Origin: an uncultured Trueperaceae bacterium
Lineage (GTDB): Bacteria > Deinococcota > Deinococci > Deinococcales > Trueperaceae
Assembly: GCA_963799485.1 (NCBI GenBank)
Contig: CAWCXJ010000005.1
Span: 64,001 to 128,000, forward strand
Length of the DNA stretch: 64,000 nt
Direction: 5' to 3'
Below, one piece after another: positions 1 to 9,916 of this stretch. The notes below the pieces were generated by a model, which was not told the DNA's origin, made no database searches, and was given only the letters and a program-made list of their open reading frames with translations. Within the stretch, counting starts at the first letter, position 1. The number at the start of each line of letters is the position of its first letter. The translations under genes were made by a program, and so were the position numbers.

Positions 1-158
1 CCCAGCAGTTCGAACACGATGCCGAGGGCGAAGGCGAGTGCGGTAAAAGGAACGGCCAGGAGCAGGGTGCGCCGCCAACCCGGGTGAAGTACAGGGTCGC
101 GTTTGGCGTGGACATTTTGGTCTTGCCGGAAGCGGGATAACCACGCGGGTAAAGCCAT
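1..158 (-). CDS. N-terminal part of a membrane protein (runs off the window edge)
   Basis: ATG at 158, 6 nt after a TATCCT -10 box. Reads MALPAWLSRFRQDQNVHAKRDPVLHPGWRRTLLLAVPFTALAFALGIVFELL, with a hydrophobic helix. Confidence 0.6.
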   Translation of the reverse strand, partial: MALPAWLSRFRQDQNVHAKRDPVLHPGWRRTLLLAVPFTALAFALGIVFELL

Positions 159-177
159 ACTTTCAGGATAGACGCGC

Positions 178-197
178 GTTGTCACAAACTTCTTACA
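178..197 (-). promoter_or_regulatory. TGTAAGAA-type direct-repeat site upstream of the edge gene
   Basis: Minus strand reads TGTAAGAAGTTTGTGACAAC-N7-TATCCT-N6-ATG. Resembles the sites at 19619 and 20929. Confidence 0.5.
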
Positions 198-454
198 AAT
201 GGGTTTCGGGGATGGTCGCACGAGAAAAACACCGGCGGCGTCGTGCTCGAGCCTGGCTGTAGCTCTGCAAAATGGGCGGTTTTGAACGCTTATATGTCGG
301 ACATAGTGCGCTTCTCAGGGCTTGAAACCGTTCAAGCAACTAAAAGACGTGCGTGCGCTTCTCAAGCAGGTTGTGCTGATTCCAACGACCACCCCGAGGA
401 CGCCGACGGTTCCCAAAACCGAGTTAAACTGTCAACCGAACCTTAGGAGCCTTT

Positions 455-1228
455 ATGCTTAGATTTGCAACCTCGTCGTGGAGTTTGGACGGTCTTTTGA
501 GCGCGGGTTTGCCGCTTTTGGAGTTGCCTTCAGAGCTTCACAAGCACGGCATCGGGACGCTCGAGCTGTGTCACTTTCATCTGCCTTCGACCGAACCCGA
601 CTACCTGGCGGCGCTCCGCTCGCGTCTGGAAGCCGCCGATATAGAGCTGTTTAGCGTCCTGATCGACGCGGGCGACGTGGCTGCGCCCGACCCGGCGGTG
701 CTGGCAGCGGGTCTCGAGCTTATCCGCCGCTACATCCGCGCCGCCGCCGCCTTGGGCGCAGAACGTGTGCGGATTTCCGCCGGGCAGCAGCCCGCGACGC
801 CGCAAACATTGGCGCAGAGTGCGGCGCAGCTGACGGGTCTGATGACCTACGCTGCCGCCGCCGGGATTGCGGTCGGCACCGAAAACTGGCAGCTTACCGC
901 CCAACACCCTGAAGCCGTGCTGCACCTGCTGGACGCTTGCCCGGAAGGTTTAGGGCTTTGCGTCGATACCGGCAACGCCGAAGCTGCGACGAACAACTTG
1001 GCAGACAAATACGACACGCTGGCCCAACTCTTGCCGCGCGCGACCTCGGTGCATTTCAAGGCGCACACCACCCCGGCAGGACTCGACCTTGAAGACGCCG
1101 GGCGCTGCCTCGAGCTGCTTTGCGCCGCGTCGTTTACAGGGCCGCTGAGCCTCATCTACGACCGCAAACACAGTGAGTGGGAGGGGCTGGGAACGTTGCA
1201 AGCTGCGCTGCAAAGGCTCTTTGTGTGA
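455..1228 (+). CDS. Sugar-phosphate isomerase/epimerase (xylose isomerase-like TIM barrel)
   Basis: GTEN, CVDTGN and VHFK motifs; AGGAG RBS. Confidence 0.8.
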   Translation: MLRFATSSWSLDGLLSAGLPLLELPSELHKHGIGTLELCHFHLPSTEPDYLAALRSRLEAADIELFSVLIDAGDVAAPDPAVLAAGLELIRRYIRAAAALGAERVRISAGQQPATPQTLAQSAAQLTGLMTYAAAAGIAVGTENWQLTAQHPEAVLHLLDACPEGLGLCVDTGNAEAATNNLADKYDTLAQLLPRATSVHFKAHTTPAGLDLEDAGRCLELLCAASFTGPLSLIYDRKHSEWEGLGTLQAALQRLFV

Positions 1229-1286
1229 AGCCTAAAAACCGTGCCAGCCGGCTATTTTTTCGGTTGTTCCGGGGTAGCCTTGGAGT

Positions 1287-1748
1287 ATGTCAAACCTTCC
1301 CACACAAGCTTTCGTTCTCGGCGTCGCTTCTGGAATGCGCGCGAGCTTCGGTCTCGCCCTCGTCTCGCACCGGCTTAGTCAACACGCAAACCCCAAACTG
1401 GGCCGCCTGAACTTTATGCGCTCACCTAAAACGGCAACATTTTTCAAAATCGCTGCTGCTGGTGAGTTTATCGGTGACAAACTGCCCCAAACGCCCGCTC
1501 GTACTCAGCCGGGGGCGCTGGTCGGGCGGGCGCTGTCGGGGGCGCTTTGCGGCGCGGCACTAGGTCGTTCAGCCGGTCGGGGCGCGCGTTCCGGCGCAGC
1601 TGTCGGGGCACTCGGCGCGGTGGTCGGTGGCTACGCATTTTATTATCTGCGCCGCTACCTGACCCATGAACAGGGTTTGCCCGACTTGCCGGTTGCGCTA
1701 GCTGAAGATGCGCTCGCGCTCGGGGGCGGCGTGGCGGTGCTCGAGTAG
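1287..1748 (+). CDS. Small membrane protein (DUF4126-like)
   Basis: GMRA...GEFIGDKLPQTPART...ALAEDALA pattern with Gly/Ala-rich helices. Confidence 0.65.
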   Translation: MSNLPTQAFVLGVASGMRASFGLALVSHRLSQHANPKLGRLNFMRSPKTATFFKIAAAGEFIGDKLPQTPARTQPGALVGRALSGALCGAALGRSAGRGARSGAAVGALGAVVGGYAFYYLRRYLTHEQGLPDLPVALAEDALALGGGVAVLE

Positions 1749-1778
1749 CGTTTGGAGCTAGGACGGTAAGCTGTTTCT

Positions 1779-2399
1779 ATGGACGTTTCTACCCTCTCTT
1801 TCGGTGCGCGCGGCCTTATCCCGGTCGTCACCCAAGACGCCGCTACCGGGCAGGTCTTGATGCTGGCCTACGCCAACCAAGCAGCCGTTGACAAAACCCT
1901 CGAGACCCGCGAAGCCCACTACTACAGCCGCTCACGGGGCGAGCTCTGGCACAAGGGCGCGACGAGCGGACACATCCAAAATATCGTCGAAATCCGTTAC
2001 GACTGCGACGAAGACGCGCTGCTCTACCGCGTCACGCAGACCGGCGCGGCGTGTCACACGGGCGAGTACAGCTGTTTTTACCGCAGTTTGAGCGAGCCCA
2101 CACCGCCCGGTATCGGGGAGATGATGGGCACCTTGGAGCGCGTCGTCGAAGCGCGTTTACGTGAGCTACCCGCAGGCTCATACGTCGCTAAACTACACGA
2201 ACGGGGTCTCGGGTACGTGGCGCAAAAGGTCGTCGAGGAGGCGGGGGAGAGCATCGTCGCGGCTTTGGAGCATAAACCCGATGAACTCGTCGGTGAGGCT
2301 GCCGACCTGCTCTTTCACCTGACGGTCTTGCTCAACGAGAGCGGCGTGAGTTTGCAGGCGGTGGCGGCGAAACTCTCGGAGCGGCACCAGGGCAAATGA
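1779..2399 (+). CDS. hisIE: Bifunctional phosphoribosyl-AMP cyclohydrolase / phosphoribosyl-ATP pyrophosphatase
   Basis: [49 protein letters not shown]. Confidence 0.95.
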   Translation: MDVSTLSFGARGLIPVVTQDAATGQVLMLAYANQAAVDKTLETREAHYYSRSRGELWHKGATSGHIQNIVEIRYDCDEDALLYRVTQTGAACHTGEYSCFYRSLSEPTPPGIGEMMGTLERVVEARLRELPAGSYVAKLHERGLGYVAQKVVEEAGESIVAALEHKPDELVGEAADLLFHLTVLLNESGVSLQAVAAKLSERHQGK

Positions 2400-2452
2400 G
2401 GGTAGCCGAACCGCCAGGACATAACCGCCAGGACATATGCCCTTGACCCCTC

Positions 2453-3115
2453 ATGTCAGACTTCAGGGTAGTGACCCGGACCCAGCGCCTTACCCTGATT
2501 ACTGCCGTTGTCGTCATCGCCGTTACACTCGGTGCGTTTTTGTACCTGAGCCTCAGGCCGGGGCCGAATTTGAGTGTGCAAGATAGCGGTTACGAAGGCC
2601 AACCGACACTCGGCAACGCCCGTGCGCCCGTAAAACTCATCTTGTTCGAAAACTTTCTCTGTGAACGCTGCCAACTGTTTGAGACCGAGGTGTTCGGGCT
2701 ACTAAAACGCGACTATATCGACACCGGCAAAGTCGAGGTGTATTACGTCAACCTGGCGTGGGGCGACGAGACGGCGGTGACGGCGGGCCGGGCCGGAGAG
2801 TGCGCCTTTAGGCAAGACGAGACGGCTTTCTGGGCGTACAAAGATGCTCTTTTTGCGGCGCAAGGGACAGACGGTTGGGCCACGCTCGAGAAGGTAGTAG
2901 AGGTCGCCGAAGGGATTGAGGGGCTCGAGCCCTCTACCTTTAGAACCTGCATCACCGAGGGTCGGACCCAGGCCGAAGTCACGCGCGACCTGACCCTAGC
3001 CGACTACGTGGGCGTAACCGGTACACCGTCGGTCATTATCGGCAGTCAGGGCTTTGAAGCGCCGAGCTACGACGACCTGAAAGCCCAGCTCGACGCACAG
3101 CTAGCCTCTAGATAA
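2453..3115 (+). CDS. Membrane-anchored DsbA/thioredoxin-fold protein
   Basis: N-terminal TM helix, CERC (CxxC) motif, GVTGTP cis-Pro loop. Confidence 0.85.
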   Translation: MSDFRVVTRTQRLTLITAVVVIAVTLGAFLYLSLRPGPNLSVQDSGYEGQPTLGNARAPVKLILFENFLCERCQLFETEVFGLLKRDYIDTGKVEVYYVNLAWGDETAVTAGRAGECAFRQDETAFWAYKDALFAAQGTDGWATLEKVVEVAEGIEGLEPSTFRTCITEGRTQAEVTRDLTLADYVGVTGTPSVIIGSQGFEAPSYDDLKAQLDAQLASR

Positions 3116-3119
3116 TCCG

Positions 3120-4010
3120 TCAAGGCGTCTGCGTTTGAGATTGACGTGTTTGGGCCTGTCCTAGAAAGTAACGATAGGTCTGGTTTTGCGGCGCTAACTG
3201 ACTGGCCCGCCGGTACGCGGTTTCTGCCGCCGTAAAGTTCTTTGCTTCAAACGCCAAACGTCCTAAATACCCCCACGCAGCGGCGTAATCGGGGTTCAGC
3301 GCGGTGGCCCTGGAAAACTTGCGTTCGGCGGCCCCGAGGCGGCCCGCTTCGTAATCGCTGACGCCGCCGTAAAAAGCCTTGGCTGCGCCTAAACCGTATT
3401 CGACGCCTGCACGTGAAAGCTCGAGAAAATACGCCGCGCCTGCGTTGCCGGGTTGCAACTGCTGTACGCGTTGCCAGTAGGGGAGAGCGGCTTCGGGACG
3501 GTCTTGCTCGAGCAAAATTCGCCCCGCCCAGCGCTGCGCCCGCACGCTGCCGGGGACGAGCCGGGTGACGGTGCGGTAGGCTCTAAGCGCCCCGCCGAGG
3601 TCGTTCTGGGTGTAACGGGCGTAGCCGACTTGGGTACCGCTTTGGGCAATCTGGACGCGGGCAGCCGCGTCCAGGGGGCCGCCCGCGTCTGCAAACCTCT
3701 GCCAGATGGCAAACGCCGGGCCGTAAAACCCGGTGACGCCGTACACTTCTGCTAAAAACCGGAGCGCTTCGGGGTTTTCCGGGGCAAGCTTGACCGCCTT
3801 GCGGCCTAACCGGATGGCCTGACGAAAGAGCGGTTGGTCGGGGCGGTAATCGCCGTAAACGTCTAACGCTTCTCTGGCAACGCCCCGCGCTTCGCTCAGC
3901 ACGGCCTGCGCTTCTTGCGGGAGTGGATTTTCCAGTGAAGTGATCTGCGCTGTTACGGGCGCGCTTAAAACAAGCGTGCATAGAGTTGCCAAAACCCACT
4001 TAAATGTCAT
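3120..4010 (-). CDS. Secreted tetratricopeptide-repeat protein
   Basis: ATG at 4010 after an AAGGAG RBS; signal peptide; several TPR-like repeats (ALNPDYAAAWGYLG). Confidence 0.8.
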   Translation of the reverse strand: MTFKWVLATLCTLVLSAPVTAQITSLENPLPQEAQAVLSEARGVAREALDVYGDYRPDQPLFRQAIRLGRKAVKLAPENPEALRFLAEVYGVTGFYGPAFAIWQRFADAGGPLDAAARVQIAQSGTQVGYARYTQNDLGGALRAYRTVTRLVPGSVRAQRWAGRILLEQDRPEAALPYWQRVQQLQPGNAGAAYFLELSRAGVEYGLGAAKAFYGGVSDYEAGRLGAAERKFSRATALNPDYAAAWGYLGRLAFEAKNFTAAETAYRRASQLAPQNQTYRYFLGQAQTRQSQTQTP

Positions 4011-4029
4011 CTGCTTCTCCTTATTCTGG

Positions 4030-4632
4030 TCAAATTGCGCGTTTTTTGAACCAGTCTGAAAATTTTTGCAACGCGCGGGCGCGGTGGCTGACGGCGGCTT
4101 TGGCGTCGTCGCCTGCTTCACCGAAGGTCTGCTGCAAGTCGGTGCTGTAAAAAACCGGGTCGTAGCCGTGCCCGTTGCTGCCCCTTGCTACCCTGGTGAC
4201 ATGCCCGTCACAGCGGCCCTCGAAGGTCTCGGCGTCCCCTTCCGGGGTAACGAAACCCAAGACGCAGACGAACTGCGCGGTGCGGGCGGCTTCGGGGGTG
4301 GCCTCGAGCCGCGCCAGCAGATGCGCGGTGCGCGCCTCGTCCGCCCCAAAGCCCCCGAAACGCGCCGAGTAGAGGCCCGGTGCGCCGCCTAAAGCTTTGA
4401 CCTCGAGTCCTGAATCGTCGCCCAAGCTCGGCAGGCCCGTCGCCTGCATCACAAACGACGCTTTGGTCAGCGCGTTCGCGGCGTAGTTGCTGCCCGTTTC
4501 TTCGGGAAACGCCCCGACGCCCAAGTCACGCGCTGAAACGACCTCCAAGCTGCTGCTTGAAAGCGCCCGCCGAAACTCACGCACCTTGCCTTCGTTCAGG
4601 GTAGCCAGCACAATTGTCACAGGTTTTGTCAC
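4030..4632 (-). CDS. rdgB: Non-canonical purine NTP pyrophosphatase (HAM1 family)
   Basis: ATLNEGKVRE, DDSGLEV, PGLYSAR, GYDPVF, SHRARAL. Confidence 0.93.
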   Translation of the reverse strand: MTKPVTIVLATLNEGKVREFRRALSSSSLEVVSARDLGVGAFPEETGSNYAANALTKASFVMQATGLPSLGDDSGLEVKALGGAPGLYSARFGGFGADEARTAHLLARLEATPEAARTAQFVCVLGFVTPEGDAETFEGRCDGHVTRVARGSNGHGYDPVFYSTDLQQTFGEAGDDAKAAVSHRARALQKFSDWFKKRAI

Positions 4633-5336
4633 AGCGAGCCGCGCACCGTTTCCAAAACTTGCTGCACCGCGCCGATACCCTGCGCCACGAGCTGCACATA
4701 CGTCTCGGCGGGGACGGGTTTGCCCTCCGCGCCGCCCTGCACTTCGATGATGTCGCCGGCGGCGGTCGCCACGACGTTGAGGTCCAACTCGGCTTCGGAA
4801 TCCTCGCTGAACTCCAAATCAACCAGAACTTGGCCTTTGACGAGCCCGACACTGACGGCGGCCAACTCGTGCGTCAGCGGCCATTCGTCGAGCGTGCCGG
4901 CCTTGACGAGTTTGTCGGCGGCGTGGTGCAGCGCGGCGTAACCTGCCAAAATCCCGGCGCACCGGGTGCCGCCGTCGGCTTGCAACACGTCTACGTCAAT
5001 GAGGAGCGTTTTGCCGACAAAGAGCGACAGGTCAACGGTGCCGCGCAGACTCCGCCCGATCAGCCGCTGAATCTCTAATGACCGTCCGCCCGAGTAGAGG
5101 CGTTCGCGTTGTACCCGTTCGGGCGTGCTGCGCGGGAGCATCGCGTATTCCGCCGTGAGCCAGCCTTCACGAACTTTTTTGTTGCGCAGATGCGGCGGCA
5201 GTTTGTTCTCTACCGTGACGGTCGCCAGCACGTGTGTGTCGCCCCATTTGACGAGCGCGGAGCCTTCGGCGAAGCGGTTGAAACCGGGCGTGACGGTAAT
5301 CGGGCGGAGGTCGTTAGGGTTTCGGTCTTGTCTCAT
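4629..5336 (-). CDS. rph: Ribonuclease PH
   Basis: GWLTAEYAMLP, EIQRLIGRSLR, DVLQADGGTR. Confidence 0.95.
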   Translation of the reverse strand: MRQDRNPNDLRPITVTPGFNRFAEGSALVKWGDTHVLATVTVENKLPPHLRNKKVREGWLTAEYAMLPRSTPERVQRERLYSGGRSLEIQRLIGRSLRGTVDLSLFVGKTLLIDVDVLQADGGTRCAGILAGYAALHHAADKLVKAGTLDEWPLTHELAAVSVGLVKGQVLVDLEFSEDSEAELDLNVVATAAGDIIEVQGGAEGKPVPAETYVQLVAQGIGAVQQVLETVRGSL

Positions 5337-5343
5337 AGGTGGC

Positions 5344-6162
5344 TCACAAGGAACTTTCTAAAGTTTTGGGCTCGAGGCTTGTGCGGCTCATCGGGCCGTC
5401 CGGCCCACCCAGCAACCGGGCCGTATGACGATAACTCGGCAGGTCGCCAGTGACAAAATGTTTTACGGTGCCGCTGCCCGGTCGGGGTGTGTTCAGGCCG
5501 AGCCGGGTGAGGTCGGCGGCGACGTTTACGGCGGTCGCTTCAGCGGAATCGACCAGCACCGCGCCGCTCAAAACCTCGTACAAGATGGGTTTGAGCGCCG
5601 GGTAGTGGGTACAGCCTAAAATGACGGCGTCTAAGGGCGGGGCGTCGGCGAGATAGTGCGCTGCCACAAGCCGGGCAATTTTTGTGTCCGACACGCCCTC
5701 CTCGACAATCGGTACAAACAGCGGGCAGGGCTGAGCCCAGACGGTGCAACCGCCCGCTGCCAAACCCCGCTGATACGCCCCCGTGTGGAGCGTACCGACG
5801 GTGCCTAAAACACCGACGCGCCCACCCGGGGCGGCGCGTAAGGCGGCCTCTACGCCGGGTTCGATCACGCCCCAGACGGGGACGGGCAGCAGCGCTGCCA
5901 GGGCCGGCAGGCTCGCTGCCGAGGCGGTGTTACACGCGACGACGATACCTTTGACGCCGTAAGAGACCAGGTAACGGCCGATCTCGAGCGCAAACTCACG
6001 CACCATCTCCAGAGGTTTTGAACCGTACGGAACGCGCGCGGTGTCGCCCAGATAGACGAAGTCCTCGGCAGGCAGCTGTTTTTTGAGTGCGGAGAGAACC
6101 GTCAAGCCGCCGACACCGGAATCGAAGACGCCTAAGGGGGCCGAGTCGAGGGAAAACGCCAT
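5344..6162 (-). CDS. murI: Glutamate racemase
   Basis: FDSGVGGLTV, ACNTAS, LGCTHYP. Start reassigned to the ATG at 6162, downstream of TAAACT. Confidence 0.95.
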   Translation of the reverse strand: MAFSLDSAPLGVFDSGVGGLTVLSALKKQLPAEDFVYLGDTARVPYGSKPLEMVREFALEIGRYLVSYGVKGIVVACNTASAASLPALAALLPVPVWGVIEPGVEAALRAAPGGRVGVLGTVGTLHTGAYQRGLAAGGCTVWAQPCPLFVPIVEEGVSDTKIARLVAAHYLADAPPLDAVILGCTHYPALKPILYEVLSGAVLVDSAEATAVNVAADLTRLGLNTPRPGSGTVKHFVTGDLPSYRHTARLLGGPDGPMSRTSLEPKTLESSL

Positions 6163-6234
6163 GGGGAAGAGTTTAACACCGCAGCCGAGAGTTTTTACGG
6201 TACAGTGCGCTCTTTTGACGGCCAACCTAGGTAG

Positions 6235-7284
6235 CTAAAGCGACGCCTCGGCAAAGGTCGCCATCTCCGCGAGGGCACTAGCTGCACCTTCTAACAGGCC
6301 GAACGCCAGCACCGCGCCGGTGCCTTCGCCGAGCCGGAGGTTTAGGTCGAACAGAGGCTCCAGTCCCAAATACGCCAACTGCACCCGGTGCCCCCGCTCT
6401 TGCGACAGGTGCGAGGCGAACAGGTAATCTTTTACGGCGGGCTCGAGTTCCGCGGCTACGAGCGCCGCCGCCGTAGCGATAAACCCGTCCAGGACGACCG
6501 GCGTTTTAGCGGCTGCCGCGCCGAGATAGAACCCGGTCAGCGCTGCGATTTCAAAGCCGCCCAGACGGGCAAGTGCGTCTAGTGGGTCGGCGACGCTCTC
6601 CCGGTGTTTCGTCAGGGCTTTTTCAACGACCCCGATTTTACGGGCCAGACCTTCGTCGTCAACGCCCGTCCCGCGCCCGGTGACGGCTTCAGCACCGTAT
6701 CCTGTCAGGGGCCCCGTAAAAAAAGCGGTCAGGGCAGCGGCGGCGGTCGTGTTGCCGATGCCCATTTCGCCGCCTGCGAGCAGGTCGGCACCTTTTGAGG
6801 TGAGTTCTTGGGCGGCCCCAATCCCCACCTCACACGCCGCTTCAGCCTCGGCGCGGGTCATCGCCGGGCCGTCCAGCATGTTCTGCGTGCCGCGTGCAAT
6901 TTTACGCGACCAGAAGTTCGGATGCGGCGCAAAGTCGCCGTCCACCCCGACATCGACGATGAGTAGCTCGGCTCCGGCGCTTTTCGCAAGCGCGTTGACG
7001 GCTGCACCCCCCGCTAAAAAGTTCTGCACCATCCCGGCGGTTATCTCGCGCGGATAGGCCGACACACCCGTAACGCCGTGGTCGGCGGCAAAAACGGCGA
7101 TAGCTTTGTTCGTAATGACGGGTTTTACGGTGCCCTGAACGGCGGCGAGGCGGGCGCCGATCCCTTCGAGCCGCCCCAAACTCCCCGGCGGTTTGGTCAG
7201 GGTGGCGTGACGTTCCAGCGCTTTGTGGTAGACCTGCGCGTCGACCTTTTTAATCTGTGCGAGTGTTTGGGCGAGTTCAGTCAA
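6235..7284 (-). CDS. cobT: Nicotinate-nucleotide:dimethylbenzimidazole phosphoribosyltransferase
   Basis: TKPPGSLGRLE, FAADHGV, GEMGIGNTT, LRLGEGTGA. TTG start at 7284 after GGAGG. Confidence 0.95.
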   Translation of the reverse strand: MTELAQTLAQIKKVDAQVYHKALERHATLTKPPGSLGRLEGIGARLAAVQGTVKPVITNKAIAVFAADHGVTGVSAYPREITAGMVQNFLAGGAAVNALAKSAGAELLIVDVGVDGDFAPHPNFWSRKIARGTQNMLDGPAMTRAEAEAACEVGIGAAQELTSKGADLLAGGEMGIGNTTAAAALTAFFTGPLTGYGAEAVTGRGTGVDDEGLARKIGVVEKALTKHRESVADPLDALARLGGFEIAALTGFYLGAAAAKTPVVLDGFIATAAALVAAELEPAVKDYLFASHLSQERGHRVQLAYLGLEPLFDLNLRLGEGTGAVLAFGLLEGAASALAEMATFAEASL

Positions 7285-9301
7285 GAGAAACCTCCGGCAG
7301 TGTGCCTTTAAGCGTTTGCGGCAAGCCGACCACACAAAGCGCCACCGCGTCGGCGGCTGCGGCGACGCGGGCGTTGGCGAGACCCAGCGCGTCGCGGTAA
7401 AGACGGCCCAGTGGATAGGCCGGCACGACGCCGCTCCCGACTTCGTTGGTGACGATGACGAGCGTTTTACGGCCCGCACGAACCGTTTGAATGAGGTCGT
7501 TTACGGCGTCTAAAACGGTTTGAGTCACAGCTTCACCGTCATGTTCGTGCGCGAGCAAGATGTTCGACACCAGCCCCGAGAGGCAGTCGAGCAAAATCAC
7601 TTCTTCAGAGCTTTCGGCAATGGCGGCGGCGGGGGAGAAGGGGGTCTCGAGCGTCCGCCAGCTTTCAGGCCGCCGCGCCCGGTGCGTCTCGATCCGCCGC
7701 GTCATCTCGTCGTCGCCGGCGGCTAACGTTGCCAGATAGAGGGCGTTTTCGCCCCGGCCCAAAAAGTGTGTCACCAACGCCTCGGCGTAACGCGACTTGC
7801 CCGACCGCACGCCGCCTGTCACGAGAATGAGTTGTGAACGGCGTGGTTTTGAGGGTTTGAATACGGCGTCGGTTATTGTGTCCGTGTCGAGGTGCGCTTC
7901 TACATGGTCGGCGAGGGTCTCGAGCGTTTTGTCCAACGCCGCGGCCCGGTCGGTATCCGAGCTTTGAACCCCTAAAGCGCCCAGAAACGCCCGCCGAAAC
8001 GCCGTGTCTTCAAACAGCCCGTGCAGATAGACGCCCGTCACGTTTTTCCGCCGGAAGCCGAGACCGTCTGACAGATACGGTTTCGTCTCGCCCCGGGCGC
8101 GGCTCTGACCGTGGTGGATTTCGTAGCCTGACACCTTTACGTCAGCCGATAAAAGCTCAGCGGTGGTCTGCCGCGTGACTTTCTCGGTTTCCAAGGTCGT
8201 GTCGAGCCCCAACAGTCCCAAGCCCGCAAAACTGCTCCCTTCGCCCTCTTCAACGCCGTGCGGGTCGTTTACGCGTTCCCCGAGCAGTTGCAAGCCGCCG
8301 CACACGCCTAAAATCGGGGTTCCGGCTTGAGCATGTGCCTTGACCGTTTCGGAAAGTCCTGTGCGCCCCAGCCACGCAGCGTCGGCGGCGACGTGTTTCG
8401 ACCCCGGCAAGATGATGAGTCCGGCTCCGGTGAGCGCTTCGGGCGCGTCTACCCAGCGCAAAGACACGCCCGGTTCATGTGCCAGTGCGTCGAATTCGTC
8501 GAAGTTGGAGACGGTAGGCAGCTTGAGCACGGCGACCTGTAAGCCTGCGTCCGGCCCTGTGGTTGATTCGGTGCCGACCTGTAAGGTGTGCGCGTCTTCT
8601 TCGGGTAAAGTAAGTGGCAAGTACGGCACCACGCCGAGGGTTGGGACATTTGTCCGAGCCCTCAGCCACCCCGTCCCGCCCCCCAACAGCTTCGGGTCGC
8701 CGCGAAACTTGTTCAGCACGAAACCCAGCAGCGACGCCCTTTCGTCCTCGTCCAGACACGCCCACGTCCCTAAAAGGTGGGCGAACGCGCCGCCCCGGTC
8801 GATGTCGGCGCACAGCAGGACGCGGGCCTGGGCCTCGAGCGCCACCCGCATATTGACAATATCGCCCGCTTTCAAATTGACCTCAGCAGGACTGCCCGCA
8901 CCCTCGATGACGACCAGCTCGAACTCGCTTAACAAACTGTGAAGTGAACGTTGCACGACGGGCCACAGCGCCGTTTTACGGTCTGTCCAGGGCAATCTTG
9001 CCACCGTCTCGTCGCGTTTACCCAGCACCACGACCTGCGAACGGGTGTCGCCTTCGGGTTTGATCAACACCGGGTTCATCCGCACGTCGGGCGTGACACC
9101 GGCGGCGTGCGCCTGGGTGAGCTGGGCGCGGCCCATCTCCAGACCTGCCGGCGTCACCCCGGCGTTGTTGCTCATGTTCTGCGCCTTGAACGGCGCGACC
9201 CGGACGCCGCGCCGTGCGTAGATTCGGCACAAGGCTGCTGTCAGGTACGACTTGCCCGCGCTCGAGCTGCACCCCTGCACCATCAAAGCCCGCCCCGTCA
9301 C
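7277..9301 (-). CDS. cobQ-cobU: Fused cobyric acid synthase (CobQ) and adenosylcobinamide kinase/guanylyltransferase (CobU)
   Basis: N-terminal PFKAQNMSNN, EGAGSPAEVNL, GVCGGLQ, GYEIH; C-terminal LVTGGVRSGKS, HRARRP, VTNEVGSGVVP; one frame. GTG start overlaps the upstream stop. Confidence 0.9.
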   Translation of the reverse strand: MTGRALMVQGCSSSAGKSYLTAALCRIYARRGVRVAPFKAQNMSNNAGVTPAGLEMGRAQLTQAHAAGVTPDVRMNPVLIKPEGDTRSQVVVLGKRDETVARLPWTDRKTALWPVVQRSLHSLLSEFELVVIEGAGSPAEVNLKAGDIVNMRVALEAQARVLLCADIDRGGAFAHLLGTWACLDEDERASLLGFVLNKFRGDPKLLGGGTGWLRARTNVPTLGVVPYLPLTLPEEDAHTLQVGTESTTGPDAGLQVAVLKLPTVSNFDEFDALAHEPGVSLRWVDAPEALTGAGLIILPGSKHVAADAAWLGRTGLSETVKAHAQAGTPILGVCGGLQLLGERVNDPHGVEEGEGSSFAGLGLLGLDTTLETEKVTRQTTAELLSADVKVSGYEIHHGQSRARGETKPYLSDGLGFRRKNVTGVYLHGLFEDTAFRRAFLGALGVQSSDTDRAAALDKTLETLADHVEAHLDTDTITDAVFKPSKPRRSQLILVTGGVRSGKSRYAEALVTHFLGRGENALYLATLAAGDDEMTRRIETHRARRPESWRTLETPFSPAAAIAESSEEVILLDCLSGLVSNILLAHEHDGEAVTQTVLDAVNDLIQTVRAGRKTLVIVTNEVGSGVVPAYPLGRLYRDALGLANARVAAAADAVALCVVGLPQTLKGTLPEVSLD

Positions 9302-9909
9302 CGTAAACTCTCCGTCAGGTCTTCCAGGTGTGCCACGTCCCCCACCGTTTTGATAATCGCGCCCGCGTCGCCCAAAACGAGTTTGGTCAGGCTCGCCGCG
9401 CCGACCTCGAAACGCCATGCTTGACCGTTGGGGACGCCTGTCAGACCGTAAAGAACGGCCCGGATGGGGCCGCCGTGCGTAAAGGCGAGTACGCGGCCTG
9501 TTTGCGGCAACGCCCCGAGCCACGTCTGGACGCGGGTCTCTAGCTCCCCGTAAGTTTCGCCGTCTGTTGGAGCGTTGCGGTAAGGGTCTTCGTACCAGGC
9601 GTTTACGGCGTCCGCGTCGTTCTCAGCGACCTCTCCCCAGCTTCGGCCTTCCCAAGCGCCAAAGCCGAGTTCGCGTAAGCGGGTCTCGAGCGTGACGTTT
9701 ACGGCGGGAAGTGAGAGCTGCGCCGTTTCAATGGTCCGTTTGAGGTCAGAGCTGTAGACTGCCGTAAAAGATGTATGAGCCAGCCTCGGTGCCAGCTTTT
9801 GCGCCTGCACCCTGCCGGTTTCCGACAAGGGCGGGTCGCCCCAGCCCTGTACGCGGCCCTCGGTGTTCCACACGGTTGCGCCGTGCCGCACGAGCCAGAG
9901 TTCTAGCAT
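9298..9909 (-). CDS. cobC: Histidine phosphatase, probable alpha-ribazole phosphatase
   Basis: LVRHGAT, SSDLKR, ELGFGAWEG, THGGPIR; located in the cob operon. Confidence 0.8.
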   Translation of the reverse strand: MLELWLVRHGATVWNTEGRVQGWGDPPLSETGRVQAQKLAPRLAHTSFTAVYSSDLKRTIETAQLSLPAVNVTLETRLRELGFGAWEGRSWGEVAENDADAVNAWYEDPYRNAPTDGETYGELETRVQTWLGALPQTGRVLAFTHGGPIRAVLYGLTGVPNGQAWRFEVGAASLTKLVLGDAGAIIKTVGDVAHLEDLTESLR

Positions 9910-9916
9910 GGGTTCA

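Noticed and set aside
290..308. Deinococcal radiation/desiccation response motif (RDRM)
   Set aside because: The half-sites are separated by 1 nt, not the ~5 nt of the 17-bp RDRM.
243..446. 67-aa ORF
   Set aside because: It lies in a divergent promoter region with no RBS or recognisable motif.
2409..2436. 14-bp tandem duplication AACCGCCAGGACAT x2
   Set aside because: Only two copies; probably simple slippage with no sign of function.
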